The notes under the pieces were generated by a model that did no database searches, was not told the DNA's origin, and was given only the letters and a program-made list of their open reading frames with translations. A stretch of DNA of 64,000 nt, taken from assembly GCA_963701295.1 (NCBI GenBank), contig OY969585.1:3520001-3584000 (forward strand), read 5' to 3'. This document shows, piece after piece, positions 41,939 through 51,500 of the stretch (within the stretch, counting starts at the first letter, position 1; each line of letters starts with the position of its first letter). The stretch comes from Ignavibacteriota bacterium (GTDB taxonomy: Bacteria; Bacteroidota; Ignavibacteria; UBA10030). Position numbers and translations under genes: made by a program.

Positions 41939-42125
41939 GCCTAACGGAACGGCGCTAAGCTGCGGCGCTGATAAGTTTCATAATGCAACCAACGAAACAG
42001 GTTCATGATACTATCTTTCAATTAAACACAAAACCTATGCTCGCCATGCTTAACGTACCCATTTACCCGCCATGCTTTATCTTTGGGCGGGCGCTCATTC
42101 CGTCAGCTTGAGCGCCTGGTTAGGG
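41939..42125 (-). repeat. attC
   Basis: Consensus arms present. Confidence 0.92.
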
Positions 42126-42133
42126 CGCATTTA

Positions 42134-42592
42134 TTATTTCTCGACTGTTTCGTTCGGTTTAATCCCGGGAGATATTGTCCTAAAATTAAAATCTTTAAAT
42201 CTCAGAACCTTTTGTCCGAGGTCTTTCCTAATCGCTAAGATAATTGATCGAATTATATTATCCTGTTGTTCAATGGAATAATCGTCCCCTCGGTGAGTAC
42301 CAATGTAATCAAGAAGATCATGCACTTTCTCCAAGACCTCACGGCTTGCAATAAGATTCATCAAATTGACTGAGTTCGCAAGTTTCCGATGCGCTTCATA
42401 GGATTTATAAATACTTCCCATTTCGGAAAAACCAGACAGGAAATCCATATATCGGTCAAGTTTGAATTTAAGTTCCTGCAATTTTATTTCTCGTCTACGA
42501 TTGAGAAATTGACCGATGACAGCCGCAATTAATGTGGCAAGAGCACCGATGATTGCTACTAAAAGCACATGATTATTTGATGTTGATTCCAT
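42134..42592 (-). CDS. Hypothetical protein with one N-terminal TM helix
   Basis: ORF fills the cassette; ATG about 10 nt from the core, with little room for an RBS. Confidence 0.7.
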   Translation of the reverse strand: MESTSNNHVLLVAIIGALATLIAAVIGQFLNRRREIKLQELKFKLDRYMDFLSGFSEMGSIYKSYEAHRKLANSVNLMNLIASREVLEKVHDLLDYIGTHRGDDYSIEQQDNIIRSIILAIRKDLGQKVLRFKDFNFRTISPGIKPNETVEK

Positions 42593-42829
42593 ATGAAATG
42601 CGCCCTAACGGATGGCAACTAAGCTGCGGCACTAAAAACCCTCAAGTTGCCGAAAACGAACCAAGTTTATTATAAAATATTTCAATCAATAATCCCTAAG
42701 CGCCATGCGTAACATACAAACGCTCATTCCGTCAGCTTGAGTTGCTGGATATTACCAAAAAGGAATCTCCCGATTATGTACATTGATAATTCTCTAGGTC
42801 ACCAACATCCACAATCTAAGGAGATTCCC

Positions 42830-43831
42830 ATGTATTACTCAGGTATCGATTTGCATTCTGATAATTGTTTTATCACCACTGTTGATGACACTGGTGCTGT
42901 CATCAAGCGACAACGTGTCGAGAATAACAATGAACGTGTTCTTGATTACTTCCACTCTCTGCCCGGTCCTCATCACGCAGTCGTTGAGTCTACCACAGGA
43001 TGGTACTGGCTCAACGATCTTCTCAGCGATCACGGCATCGAGCTTGTCCTTGCTCACGCCAAATATCTCAAAGCCATCAGTTATGCTAAAGTTAAAACAG
43101 ATAAAGTCGATTCGCAAACTCTTGCTCTTCTCTTACGACAGGGACTCATTCCACGGGCTCACAAAATCAGCCGAGAACTACGCGGCCTGCGCGATACCAT
43201 GCGTATTCGTCTACGGCTCGTTCAGCAACGAACTGCCAGTCTTCTGCGTCTCTACAGTATTCAGACCAAATTTAACGGCTCTGTTCCGGATCCGTATCGT
43301 TTTCAACTTGCTGTCTTGCAACATACCAGAGACACTTTTACTGCTCAGATCCTCTCGCTGGAAAAATCTCTCCATCCTGTGCTGATTCCCAACGACGATA
43401 TTCAACGGCTCTTGCACATTCCAGGTATCGGCAAGCTCACCGCATTCACGGTGTATCTTGAAATCGACGGCATTGAACGATTCGACTCCGATAAAAAGTT
43501 TGTCTCTTACTGCCGACTCGTCCCTGCTGCCGATAACTCCAATCGCTCTGTGCACCATCGCTCCAGCAAAGACGGCAATAAGTATCTCAAAATCGCCTTC
43601 TCCGATGCCGCTGTTCATGCTATTCAGTACTATCCGGAATACAAACGCTTATTCCAGAAATTAGCTCGTCGCTCCAATGAGGCGACTGCGCGAACCGTCG
43701 TTGCCAAAGAACTTGCGAAGATTGTTTACTATGTCTTAAAAAACAAAACAATATATAAAGGTCTCAAAGGTCAGCCGATCAGCCGGCATAAATCTCAGCA
43801 GTGGCCGCGCCTCTCAAGCCCGCTTTCCTAA
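42830..43831 (+). CDS. IS110-family transposase/recombinase
   Basis: Same protein as 36425..37426. Confidence 0.92.
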   Translation: MYYSGIDLHSDNCFITTVDDTGAVIKRQRVENNNERVLDYFHSLPGPHHAVVESTTGWYWLNDLLSDHGIELVLAHAKYLKAISYAKVKTDKVDSQTLALLLRQGLIPRAHKISRELRGLRDTMRIRLRLVQQRTASLLRLYSIQTKFNGSVPDPYRFQLAVLQHTRDTFTAQILSLEKSLHPVLIPNDDIQRLLHIPGIGKLTAFTVYLEIDGIERFDSDKKFVSYCRLVPAADNSNRSVHHRSSKDGNKYLKIAFSDAAVHAIQYYPEYKRLFQKLARRSNEATARTVVAKELAKIVYYVLKNKTIYKGLKGQPISRHKSQQWPRLSSPLS

Positions 43832-44105
43832 CTGATCCCGACTGCGTCGGGATCGTTCGCTGGATTGGGAAGAGAGTGCGCTGTGCCGTGGTAATATCTG
43901 GAACATCTCGCTCGACGAGATACGCTTTCACCATCGTTTCTTCAATGAGTGAATGTAAATCCGTAAACTGGTTTGGACGGCATTGCTCTGGTAATCGCCT
44001 GTCTATTCGATAGAGAACGCGGCATCGGCACGGATTCGGTCGTCCTTAATGTTAAAGAACTCTGCATTCCGATTGCGCGGAACGCATCGGGAGTATATTA
44101 TTTAC
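43805..44105 (+). ncRNA. Putative bridge/seek RNA, copy 2
   Basis: Same sequence as 37400..37700. Confidence 0.7.
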
Positions 44106-44161
44106 TTGACTCTTTCCTTTTTAAACTGGTTAGGTGCTGTGCCCAGCATTTGCCCGTTATT

Positions 44162-44581
44162 TTATACTCTGAAATCATAGGATTTAAAGTTTTCATACAT
44201 CCTGCAAACTTTAGTCGTAAATTTTAATACACAGTAATCTGGATCGGTTATTCCCTTTGAATAATATATTGTATCACCATCTCGCCAAATTCTATCTTTT
44301 GTAGGTTGATCTTGCAATACTTCCATAAAACCTTTTAACATAATTCCGCGAAAAGAACTACTATCATAGAAATAAATAGAAGCTTTGGAATTCTTCATGT
44401 ATTGTTTCACACGCACCGACGATGTATTGGTAGTAAAATAAAATATTTTTAAACCGTCATTTTCTCTTGGTTTTAACATGGCTTTCAAATTCGGAAACCC
44501 ATCTTCATCAACAGATGAAATAATTGTATTACTACTTTTTCCAACAATAGATAAACCTTTTTTTATTAAGTCTTCATTCAA
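44162..44581 (-). CDS. Pyridoxamine 5'-phosphate oxidase-like FMN-binding protein (general stress protein 26 type)
   Basis: 'SVDEDGFP', 'YFTTNTSS.RV', 'DPDYCVLKF'. Confidence 0.82.
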   Translation of the reverse strand: MNEDLIKKGLSIVGKSSNTIISSVDEDGFPNLKAMLKPRENDGLKIFYFTTNTSSVRVKQYMKNSKASIYFYDSSSFRGIMLKGFMEVLQDQPTKDRIWRDGDTIYYSKGITDPDYCVLKFTTKVCRMYENFKSYDFRV

Positions 44582-44616
44582 TGAATATCTCCTTTTTATA
44601 TTTATGATTGCACAGC

Positions 44617-44814
44617 ACCTAACGGATCGGCGCTAAGCTGCGGCAACGATAACACGCAAGTTGCTGAAAACGAAACAAGTTCATGCTGACAACCAAATTA
44701 AATATTTCCCAACCAACGAGGTACTGAAAAGTTAATTATAAAAACCTAAACCCGCCACAAGCCATGCTCTAAAGTACTCGGGCTCATTCCGTCAGCTTGA
44801 GCGCCTGGTTAGGC
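44617..44814 (-). repeat. attC of the first cassette
   Basis: Consensus arms present. Confidence 0.92.
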
Positions 44815-44905
44815 GCAGGCAAAGTTCTATAGCAACCGCGTTTCCCATTATCTAACCAATGCCTGCCTGCCAATATCAAACTCGATGCTTTTCTTTCAAG
44901 CTAAT

Positions 44906-45376
44906 TCACCGTTTAGCGAGATAGAGCATCCCATTTTGATCAGAGAAGAGGTCTTTTACTCTAATAGTAGATCCAGGCACAGCAGTTCGTTTACAAATAA
45001 ATTGGTACGAGACATTTGCGGAGTCGACAATTGAATTGTGATACTGCAATCCGTTCATCTCCAGACATTCTTTTCCCTCACCGTCGATAAAAGCAATCGG
45101 GAGCTTCTCGATAAAGGCAAATCCATGTTTTAGGTTTCTTATCGAAAGCACCACGTCGTAGAATACCATGGATGAATCGGGTGGGCGAAATGTTCGAGGG
45201 CCAAAGTTTGGATCAAAGAACTCAATAGTCTCATGAATGTAAATCGAATCCACTTTGTATTCGGTACCACCTAAAATTAATCTTTCTCCAAAAAATGTCT
45301 TTTGGGAGACCTTGCCACAACGAGAAAAGCTCATGACAAATGTCAATATGAGCAAAATGTAGAATGTTTTAAACAT
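44906..45376 (-). CDS. Hypothetical putative lipoprotein
   Basis: Signal-like N-terminus ending FSRC. Confidence 0.6.
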   Translation of the reverse strand: MFKTFYILLILTFVMSFSRCGKVSQKTFFGERLILGGTEYKVDSIYIHETIEFFDPNFGPRTFRPPDSSMVFYDVVLSIRNLKHGFAFIEKLPIAFIDGEGKECLEMNGLQYHNSIVDSANVSYQFICKRTAVPGSTIRVKDLFSDQNGMLYLAKR

Positions 45377-45406
45377 AGTTCAAATTTCTCTTTCTCAAAG
45401 GGATAT

Positions 45407-46306
45407 TCATGGTTTCTGTGCGTTAAGAAGTTTTTGCCCCTCAGAAGTGGATAGAAGAATCAATTTTATCTTACCGCACTTAGAACAAGTTGGATTAATT
45501 GCATTTTTCATCACATAAAATGATAGGAGAATACTTATCGCGTTGAAAAACCAAAAACCATTGGGATCAGCTTTTACCAATCTTGCGAAGAGGTAAAGAA
45601 CGAAAGGGATGATTGTGATAAGTAAGGCAGACAAAATAATTGCTGACCCGATTGATTGAGGTTTTAATACTTCTCGACAGCTGGGGCAAATCCTAGCTCT
45701 GGGATCATGTAAGAGTTCGTCTGAAGGTGGTATCGTATTCGTTGGTGCTTTTGGATTAGCTACTTCTAGCGCAAAGTGAACAACCTCGTCACTTAGTGTA
45801 GATAATAACTTGCTATAAGTGTGCTCAGTTCCATCTTTAAATCGAATAGTAACATTAAAGAATTCCCCGTCACGTGTATGCTTGTATTGATCGACATCCG
45901 ATAATTTATATTCGACGTATTGGCTCGTTTCCACGGCATACAACCACATTCTTTGATCTGTTATTACCGCTGAGAGTTGTTTCTTATCCTTGGTTTTCGC
46001 AAAACCACATAGGAATTCACCAAACTGCGGCGAATGGATAGAAAAAAATTCAGTCAATGGAGAAAAGCTAACATTAACGACTTTTTTAATAAAAATCTCA
46101 AAGTTCAGTGTGGCGAGTTTTTTATAATTCGGGTTAACTCTAAATAATAATCCTCGTCGCCACACTGCCCAAGTAGCTCGCCAGAATTTTGTTAAATTGT
46201 CATCAATAGAAACAGATGATTTAATATCAGAATCCTTAAATTCATACCCACAATCACAATGCCATGTACCCTCAGGGTTCTCTCTTCCGCATTTTGGACA
46301 TTTCAT
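45407..46306 (-). CDS. Zinc-ribbon membrane protein (first cassette)
   Basis: N-terminal CPKC...CDC; CPSC and CSKC flanking 2 TM helices; RBS GGAGG. Confidence 0.7.
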   Translation of the reverse strand: MKCPKCGRENPEGTWHCDCGYEFKDSDIKSSVSIDDNLTKFWRATWAVWRRGLLFRVNPNYKKLATLNFEIFIKKVVNVSFSPLTEFFSIHSPQFGEFLCGFAKTKDKKQLSAVITDQRMWLYAVETSQYVEYKLSDVDQYKHTRDGEFFNVTIRFKDGTEHTYSKLLSTLSDEVVHFALEVANPKAPTNTIPPSDELLHDPRARICPSCREVLKPQSIGSAIILSALLITIIPFVLYLFARLVKADPNGFWFFNAISILLSFYVMKNAINPTCSKCGKIKLILLSTSEGQKLLNAQKP

Positions 46307-46435
46307 AACACCTCCGTGAATATTTTAGTGAACTACTTAACTATTGTTTATATTACTTCCAGATAATTCTACTCTCTCGATGTGTGCGATTAGATGTGCT
46401 ACACGATGCCTTCTTAGGAATGCACCTTTGCTTGC

Positions 46436-46550
46436 GCCTAACTCTGATTAGACTGCATACCGCAGCCTAATACGCTTTTTTGAGTGTTAGACTGCATATT
46501 GCAGCCTAACATGATGAAATTGTCTGGGAAACTGATAAGTCTGCAGCCAA
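46436..46550 (-). other. attI site with two 25 bp palindromic direct repeats
   Basis: Core GTTAGGC at 46442-46436 lacks an attC arm; repeats at 46447-46471 and 46486-46510; lies upstream of intI. Confidence 0.75.
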
Positions 46551-46705
46551 ACTTGACAATTATTAAATGGGCTCTGGCACTGTAATTGTTTATTCTTCTG
46601 ATGGCTCCCAACAAATCCCCTCTTTCTTAAGACACGTTTACATCGTATCTTTCAGGTGCGCGCTTTTAATCTATCAATTACCATACAAATACGCAAGGGA
46701 AAAAT

Positions 46706-47665
46706 ATGGCCGAACAAAAGTTGTTAGATCGCGTCCGCGATTGCATACGAACCAAACACCTCAGCATTCGCACCGAAGAAGTCTATCTCAATTGGATCAA
46801 ACGTTACATCCTCTTTCATCAAAAGAAGCATCCTCGTGAATTGCGGGAACCGCACATTGAACAATTTCTCACTTCCCTGGCAGTGGATAGCCAGGTCTCT
46901 GCTTCCACACAAAATCAAGCACTGAATGCCATCTTGTTTCTCTATCGCGAAGTGCTTCATATAAAGATCGGGGACATGAATGAAATTATCAGGGCAAAGA
47001 GAACTCAGCGTATCCCTGTCGTCTTTACGAAAAAGGAGATTGAATCTATCCTGCAATATCTCCACGGATCACAAAGACTGATCTGTGCCCTGCTCTACGG
47101 CAGCGGCATGCGCCTGCTCGAATGTCATCGACTGCGCATAAAAGACATCGACTTTCTCAGAAAACAAATCATCGTACGCGAAGGAAAAGGAGAAAAAGAC
47201 CGCATAACGATTCTTCCTGCATCGCTTCTTACGCACCTCGAACATCAAATCGCTAAAGTGAAACTCCTGCATCAAGAAGATAAAACCGATGGCTATGGCG
47301 ATGTATATTTACCGGATGCCATCCGCATAAAATTTCCGCGGGCTGCAAAAGAATTACTATGGCAATATGTATTCCCCTCTTCAAGGCGTTCGATGGATCC
47401 GCTAACAGGAGCCGTCCAACGGCACCATATTGATGAAAGTGTTGTGCAACGCGCTTTTAAAACAGCGTTACAAAAATCCAAAGTGAGAAAAGCAGGAACA
47501 ATACACTCCTTGCGTCACTCATTCGCAACACATCTCTTAGAAGATGGGCACGACATCCGCACCGTCCAGGAATTATTAGGGCACAAAGATGTTAGGACTA
47601 CGATGATCTACACTCACGTCCTGAACAAAAAAGGTCTCACCGTCCGAAGCCCGCTGGATACATAA
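46706..47665 (+). CDS. intI: Integron integrase
   Basis: Tyrosine recombinase residues ('YGSGMR', '[10 protein letters not shown]', 'LGH', 'TMIYTHV') plus the IntI-specific insert 'VYLPDAI..KFP.A...WQYVFPS...RHH'. Confidence 0.96.
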   Translation: MAEQKLLDRVRDCIRTKHLSIRTEEVYLNWIKRYILFHQKKHPRELREPHIEQFLTSLAVDSQVSASTQNQALNAILFLYREVLHIKIGDMNEIIRAKRTQRIPVVFTKKEIESILQYLHGSQRLICALLYGSGMRLLECHRLRIKDIDFLRKQIIVREGKGEKDRITILPASLLTHLEHQIAKVKLLHQEDKTDGYGDVYLPDAIRIKFPRAAKELLWQYVFPSSRRSMDPLTGAVQRHHIDESVVQRAFKTALQKSKVRKAGTIHSLRHSFATHLLEDGHDIRTVQELLGHKDVRTTMIYTHVLNKKGLTVRSPLDT

Positions 47666-47703
47666 GTTCAAATATTTTCTTTTCTTGATTTTTTACTCGG
47701 ACT

Positions 47704-47834
47704 GCGAAATCGATAGAAGTGAACATTGCCAAGGCGAGTTAAATTTATGTACTTCTACTTTTCCTTTCTTAAATAATTAACCCATCGCTTCCGAAATCTT
47801 AGCTCCTTCTTGAGAAAACACGTTTCGATTTCGC
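47704..47834. repeat. 131 bp element with 10 bp terminal inverted repeats, copy 1
   Basis: GCGAAATCGA...TCGATTTCGC. Confidence 0.7.
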
Positions 47835-47869
47835 GAGCGTTTTGCCGCTTTAAAAATAAATGTGCGGCA

Positions 47870-48140
47870 TCCCGTACAACGGGACTTTCTGCCATTATCC
47901 TCCCCTTACTTAAGGGGAGGTGTCGAGATGAACTGTTAGTTCATCGAGACAGAGGGGTCACTTTGTGCAGCCAAAGAAAGCGGTGATCTGAACACTCAAA
48001 CTTTTCTTTGATGATTCGGTCTTTGCCCGTCTCGTCATCGCATAACGATGACGGACGCGATCGCGATCCCGTTCTGTGGGATCGGACAGATCGCTTCATC
48101 ATTCATCACACTTCGTATGATTCATTCCTCGCAATGACAT
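47870..48140. repeat. Cluster of REP-like short palindromes
   Basis: tcccgtacaacggga, cctccccttacttaaggggagg, gatgaactgttagttcatc, cgtcatcgcataacgatgacg, tcccgttctgtggga, ...cctcgcaatgac. Confidence 0.7.
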
Positions 48141-48220
48141 CTCATTTTTCGATGTTTTGCTCAGCCTACGAAATCGTTTAAAGTAATTTATCTGGAATTT
48201 TTAGTCTTCTCCTCAAGCAC

Positions 48221-48351
48221 GCGAAATCGACAGAAGTGAACCAAGACAAGGTGAGGTAATTCTTATTCAATCTCCAATCGGAATCTCAAACGAGATTCTT
48301 ATTAAATCCGTAATGGTAATTCCTCCTTGAGATTACATTTTTCGATTTCGC
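48221..48351. repeat. 131 bp element with 10 bp terminal inverted repeats, copy 2
   Basis: Same termini and length as copy 1, with a diverged interior. Confidence 0.7.
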
Positions 48352-48509
48352 ATGCGTTTCTTTCAGTCGCTTTCTTTGCGCAATCAAAGAAAGCGGCAAA
48401 ATAAATATTACACGGGTAAAAACCTCACTATCCACATATTTCGCGAGAATGATAGTGTGTATATTTTTCTTTTCCCCCTTTTACTCCCCTCTTCCTTTTC
48501 TCTCTTCAA

Positions 48510-51500
48510 TTATTTTATCAGCACAAGTTTCTTTGTGTCAACGAAATAACCTGCTTGAAGCCGATAGAAATACACTCCACTTGAGAAATGCGATGCTTCC
48601 CATCTCACCGAATATGTTCCAGCCGGCTTTATCTCATCCACCAAAATTGCCGCTTCTCGCCCAAGCATGTCATACACTTTCAGACTGATGCGGCCAGCCG
48701 ATAGTAATTGGTAGCTGATGGTTGTTGCTGGATTAAATGGATTCGGATAATTTTGTGAAAGCTCATACTGTTCCGGTATATTGCTTTTTTTCTCTTTGAC
48801 ACCTGTGATGGTACCCGACCCGCCGCTTTCTTTGTAGCGCTCGCTGAATTCCTGCACATACTGTCTCGCGATAATGCCAGAATGGATGATGAGTGTGTTC
48901 TCGTCGTTGTCAACTTCAGCCGCCGTGGACCAGTTATGGCTTCCTGTAATCACCAACGGATCGCTTGTGTCATCGAATGGATCGACAATACAATATTTGT
49001 GATGAAAGAGTCCGGTGACCACCGAATGTCCCGCTTGCATCGCATCGACACCGGCAGATTGCAGCATGCCCAATTCGCTTGGCTGTTGATCGATCATCCC
49101 TCTCACAATAACACCCGCATTTTTGCTCGCAATAAGCTGCTCGCGTACATCATCGCGCGTGAACGTGAGTAAACCAAAAAAGATATTCGAATGTGCCGTA
49201 GAAAGCGCTTGAATAATTCGCGAAGTCGTTTGGTCGGATGGGCTGAAGTACACTTCCACTCTCGTTCCGTGAATGATTGTAAAGTGCGGTGTGTTATCCA
49301 GCTTTACGGGCCCGAACCGCGCCAGACCCGGATTCGCTATATCGCCTGAGCTTCCGAACATTTCTTCGAACTCTAATGTGTAAATACGCGCTAATGATTG
49401 ATCCTGAATAAAGACGGCATTTTGTGCATCGAGATAGGTCCCTATGTCCGTCACATTCCAGGAACCACTTATGACCCAATCATCCGCTGCGTTCGTAGTA
49501 TCGCGTCCGTCAAAAATAAAAAACTTGTTATGCATAATGCCGTTATTGTCGGCCAGGTTTCTTTTCTGCACCGGGATTCCGGCAGTGGTCAGTTTTGCTA
49601 ACGGTGAAGAAGTTTGTTTGTCGTCAAACACTATACGTACTGCAACGCCGCGATTCTTCGCTGCAATCAATGAGTCTGCAACGCGGTTTGCAACGACCTC
49701 CACGGAACTGTTGAAATCATCGAATGAATAGAGTGCAAGATCGATCGACTTCGTTGCATGTGAAATCCGCTCCAGCAGCTTCGTCTGGAGATCAACGTTC
49801 CCATTCGCTGCCGGTTGTAATCCTATTGTCCCATCGACGGAGTAATTAAAATAGACATTTATTTGTCCGGAACTCTGGGACGAAGTCGTCACCACGGGAT
49901 AAGTTGCAGAAGAACTCGTGCCTGTGCCATTCGTCGATGCCGCTCGGAAATAATAAAGCCGGCCCGCTTTTCTTCCCGGTACTGTAAATACATGAGATGT
50001 GACCAACGCGGAGCTTGACGCGGTGATGGAATCATCGAATACAGGCGTCGTCCCGAATGAAATATGGGAATATGCGGGCGCTGATGTCGTCCAACCTACA
50101 GTGAAACTTGTATCGGTAAGTGCTGTGATCGTCGGTGGAGAATCGATGACCGGTCCGGGTAATTGTTCGATGTCGCTTTGTGTACGCGGCATAAGCTGGT
50201 ACCTCGTATCGTATTGACAAAGTATTCCGGAAAGATTGATTGTACCCGCAGGAATTGCAGTCCCTTCCAATGCTGTACCATAAGGCACTCGCACATCCAA
50301 TTGTGTCATGCCGTTGGTTACGTGGTAGTTTGTTCCGCTTGTTCCTCCTGTAAATTTTCCTATCTCGACAAATTGAACAGCCATGATACGCACAAGTTGA
50401 CTCTCAGAGGTCTCCGAGGCTTGCGAGACATTCAAATCTTTTACTGCCGGCAGCGGAACACCGCGCGCAAGAAGTGTCAGCAAATCGAGGAACTTGACCT
50501 CTTGCAGATTGTGAAAATTCACGAGCTTCCCTTTTACCTCAATGGAATCACCAACGAATAAGGTGTCGCTCTTCACGTCATAGGAAGCCAATCCGCCCGT
50601 TCGGTCCTGGAAGTAAATTGTGTGCGCCGTCGGTGTTGTTGAAGAAGCGGGTTGAACGTATGTGACAACACCGCGTACCTGTACAACGGTGCTATCCGGC
50701 AAACCACGCGCGGCAAAAATTTCTATCCACGATTGTTCAGGCAGCGGGTCAATAATGCCGATATCGCTGATACTGCGAGGCTGCAATTGGTACGCGCCTT
50801 TATAATCTGTCAAGACACCGACGATGTTCACAGAATCGGCGGGAATCGGCCTGACGGGAATATTTGAGTCTTTATCTACTCGAACTGTCATACTCCCGAA
50901 CGGATCACCGGCAGAATAGCTGCTGTCACCAGCGCCAAAACTGCCTGTCGCAGCAAACTTCACTTTGTTGATACGAACAAGCTGCGCTTCCAATGCTTCG
51001 CTCAGATCAGTAGACTTGACGACTTTTGGTAACGGAAGTGGATTACCGGAACTGAGCCGCACTGTATCGGTAATCGGATCGATCTCCAAAAGTCCATTGA
51101 AATCTTTCAGCACACCAGCAATCTCCCAGAGATCTCCAACGCACGCTGAACTACTGAAGTTTGGACTGTATATCGCAACACCGGCAGTTGCATCTTGAAT
51201 ACATGATGGAGATTTGAATTCGTTTGCAACAGTCACAACACCACGCACACGCACCGCAGCTCCGGCTCCTGCTGAGCGTGCTTGAGCGATAGTAAGAACT
51301 CCGAATACAAATGAGAAAGTCTTTGAAGTTGTCATCTCATTTCCAGCGATATCTTTAACATTGTGGATAGTGAGTGTATAGAAATCATTTGCCATTTGTG
51401 TTATGGTTAAGAGAACAAGTTTCAAATTTACAGCGTCACGCTGTGCATGTGTTACCATGAGCGCTTTGTTGATCGCATAATTTGTGGAAGTCGATGAAGA

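Larger units (their letters stand above)
42749..44125 (+). mobile_element. IS110-family element, IS1111-like, copy 2
   Basis: Appears identical to copy 1 (offset 6405 bp), with identical ORF translations. Confidence 0.92.
42603..44135 (-). repeat. attC interrupted by IS1111-like copy 2
   Basis: Body identical to 36198-36343 except one base. Confidence 0.88.
11468..46550 (-). mobile_element. Integron gene-cassette array (about 18 attC sites, about 25 genes)
   Basis: Recurrent intergenic repeat (+ strand) nnnTAACGGAnnGGCGCTAAGCTGCGG...CCGTCAGCTTGAGCGCCTGGTTAnnn separating minus-strand genes, adjacent to intI. Confidence 0.95.

Noticed and set aside
11468-44814. Recurrent repeat read as a CRISPR array or REP family
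   Set aside because: Repeats are 150-230 bp, separated by whole genes, have R/L boxes with extrahelical bases and lie next to intI; no cas genes are present
46560-46705. LexA box or cassette promoter upstream of intI
   Set aside because: No convincing CTGT-N8-ACAG or well-spaced promoter could be identified
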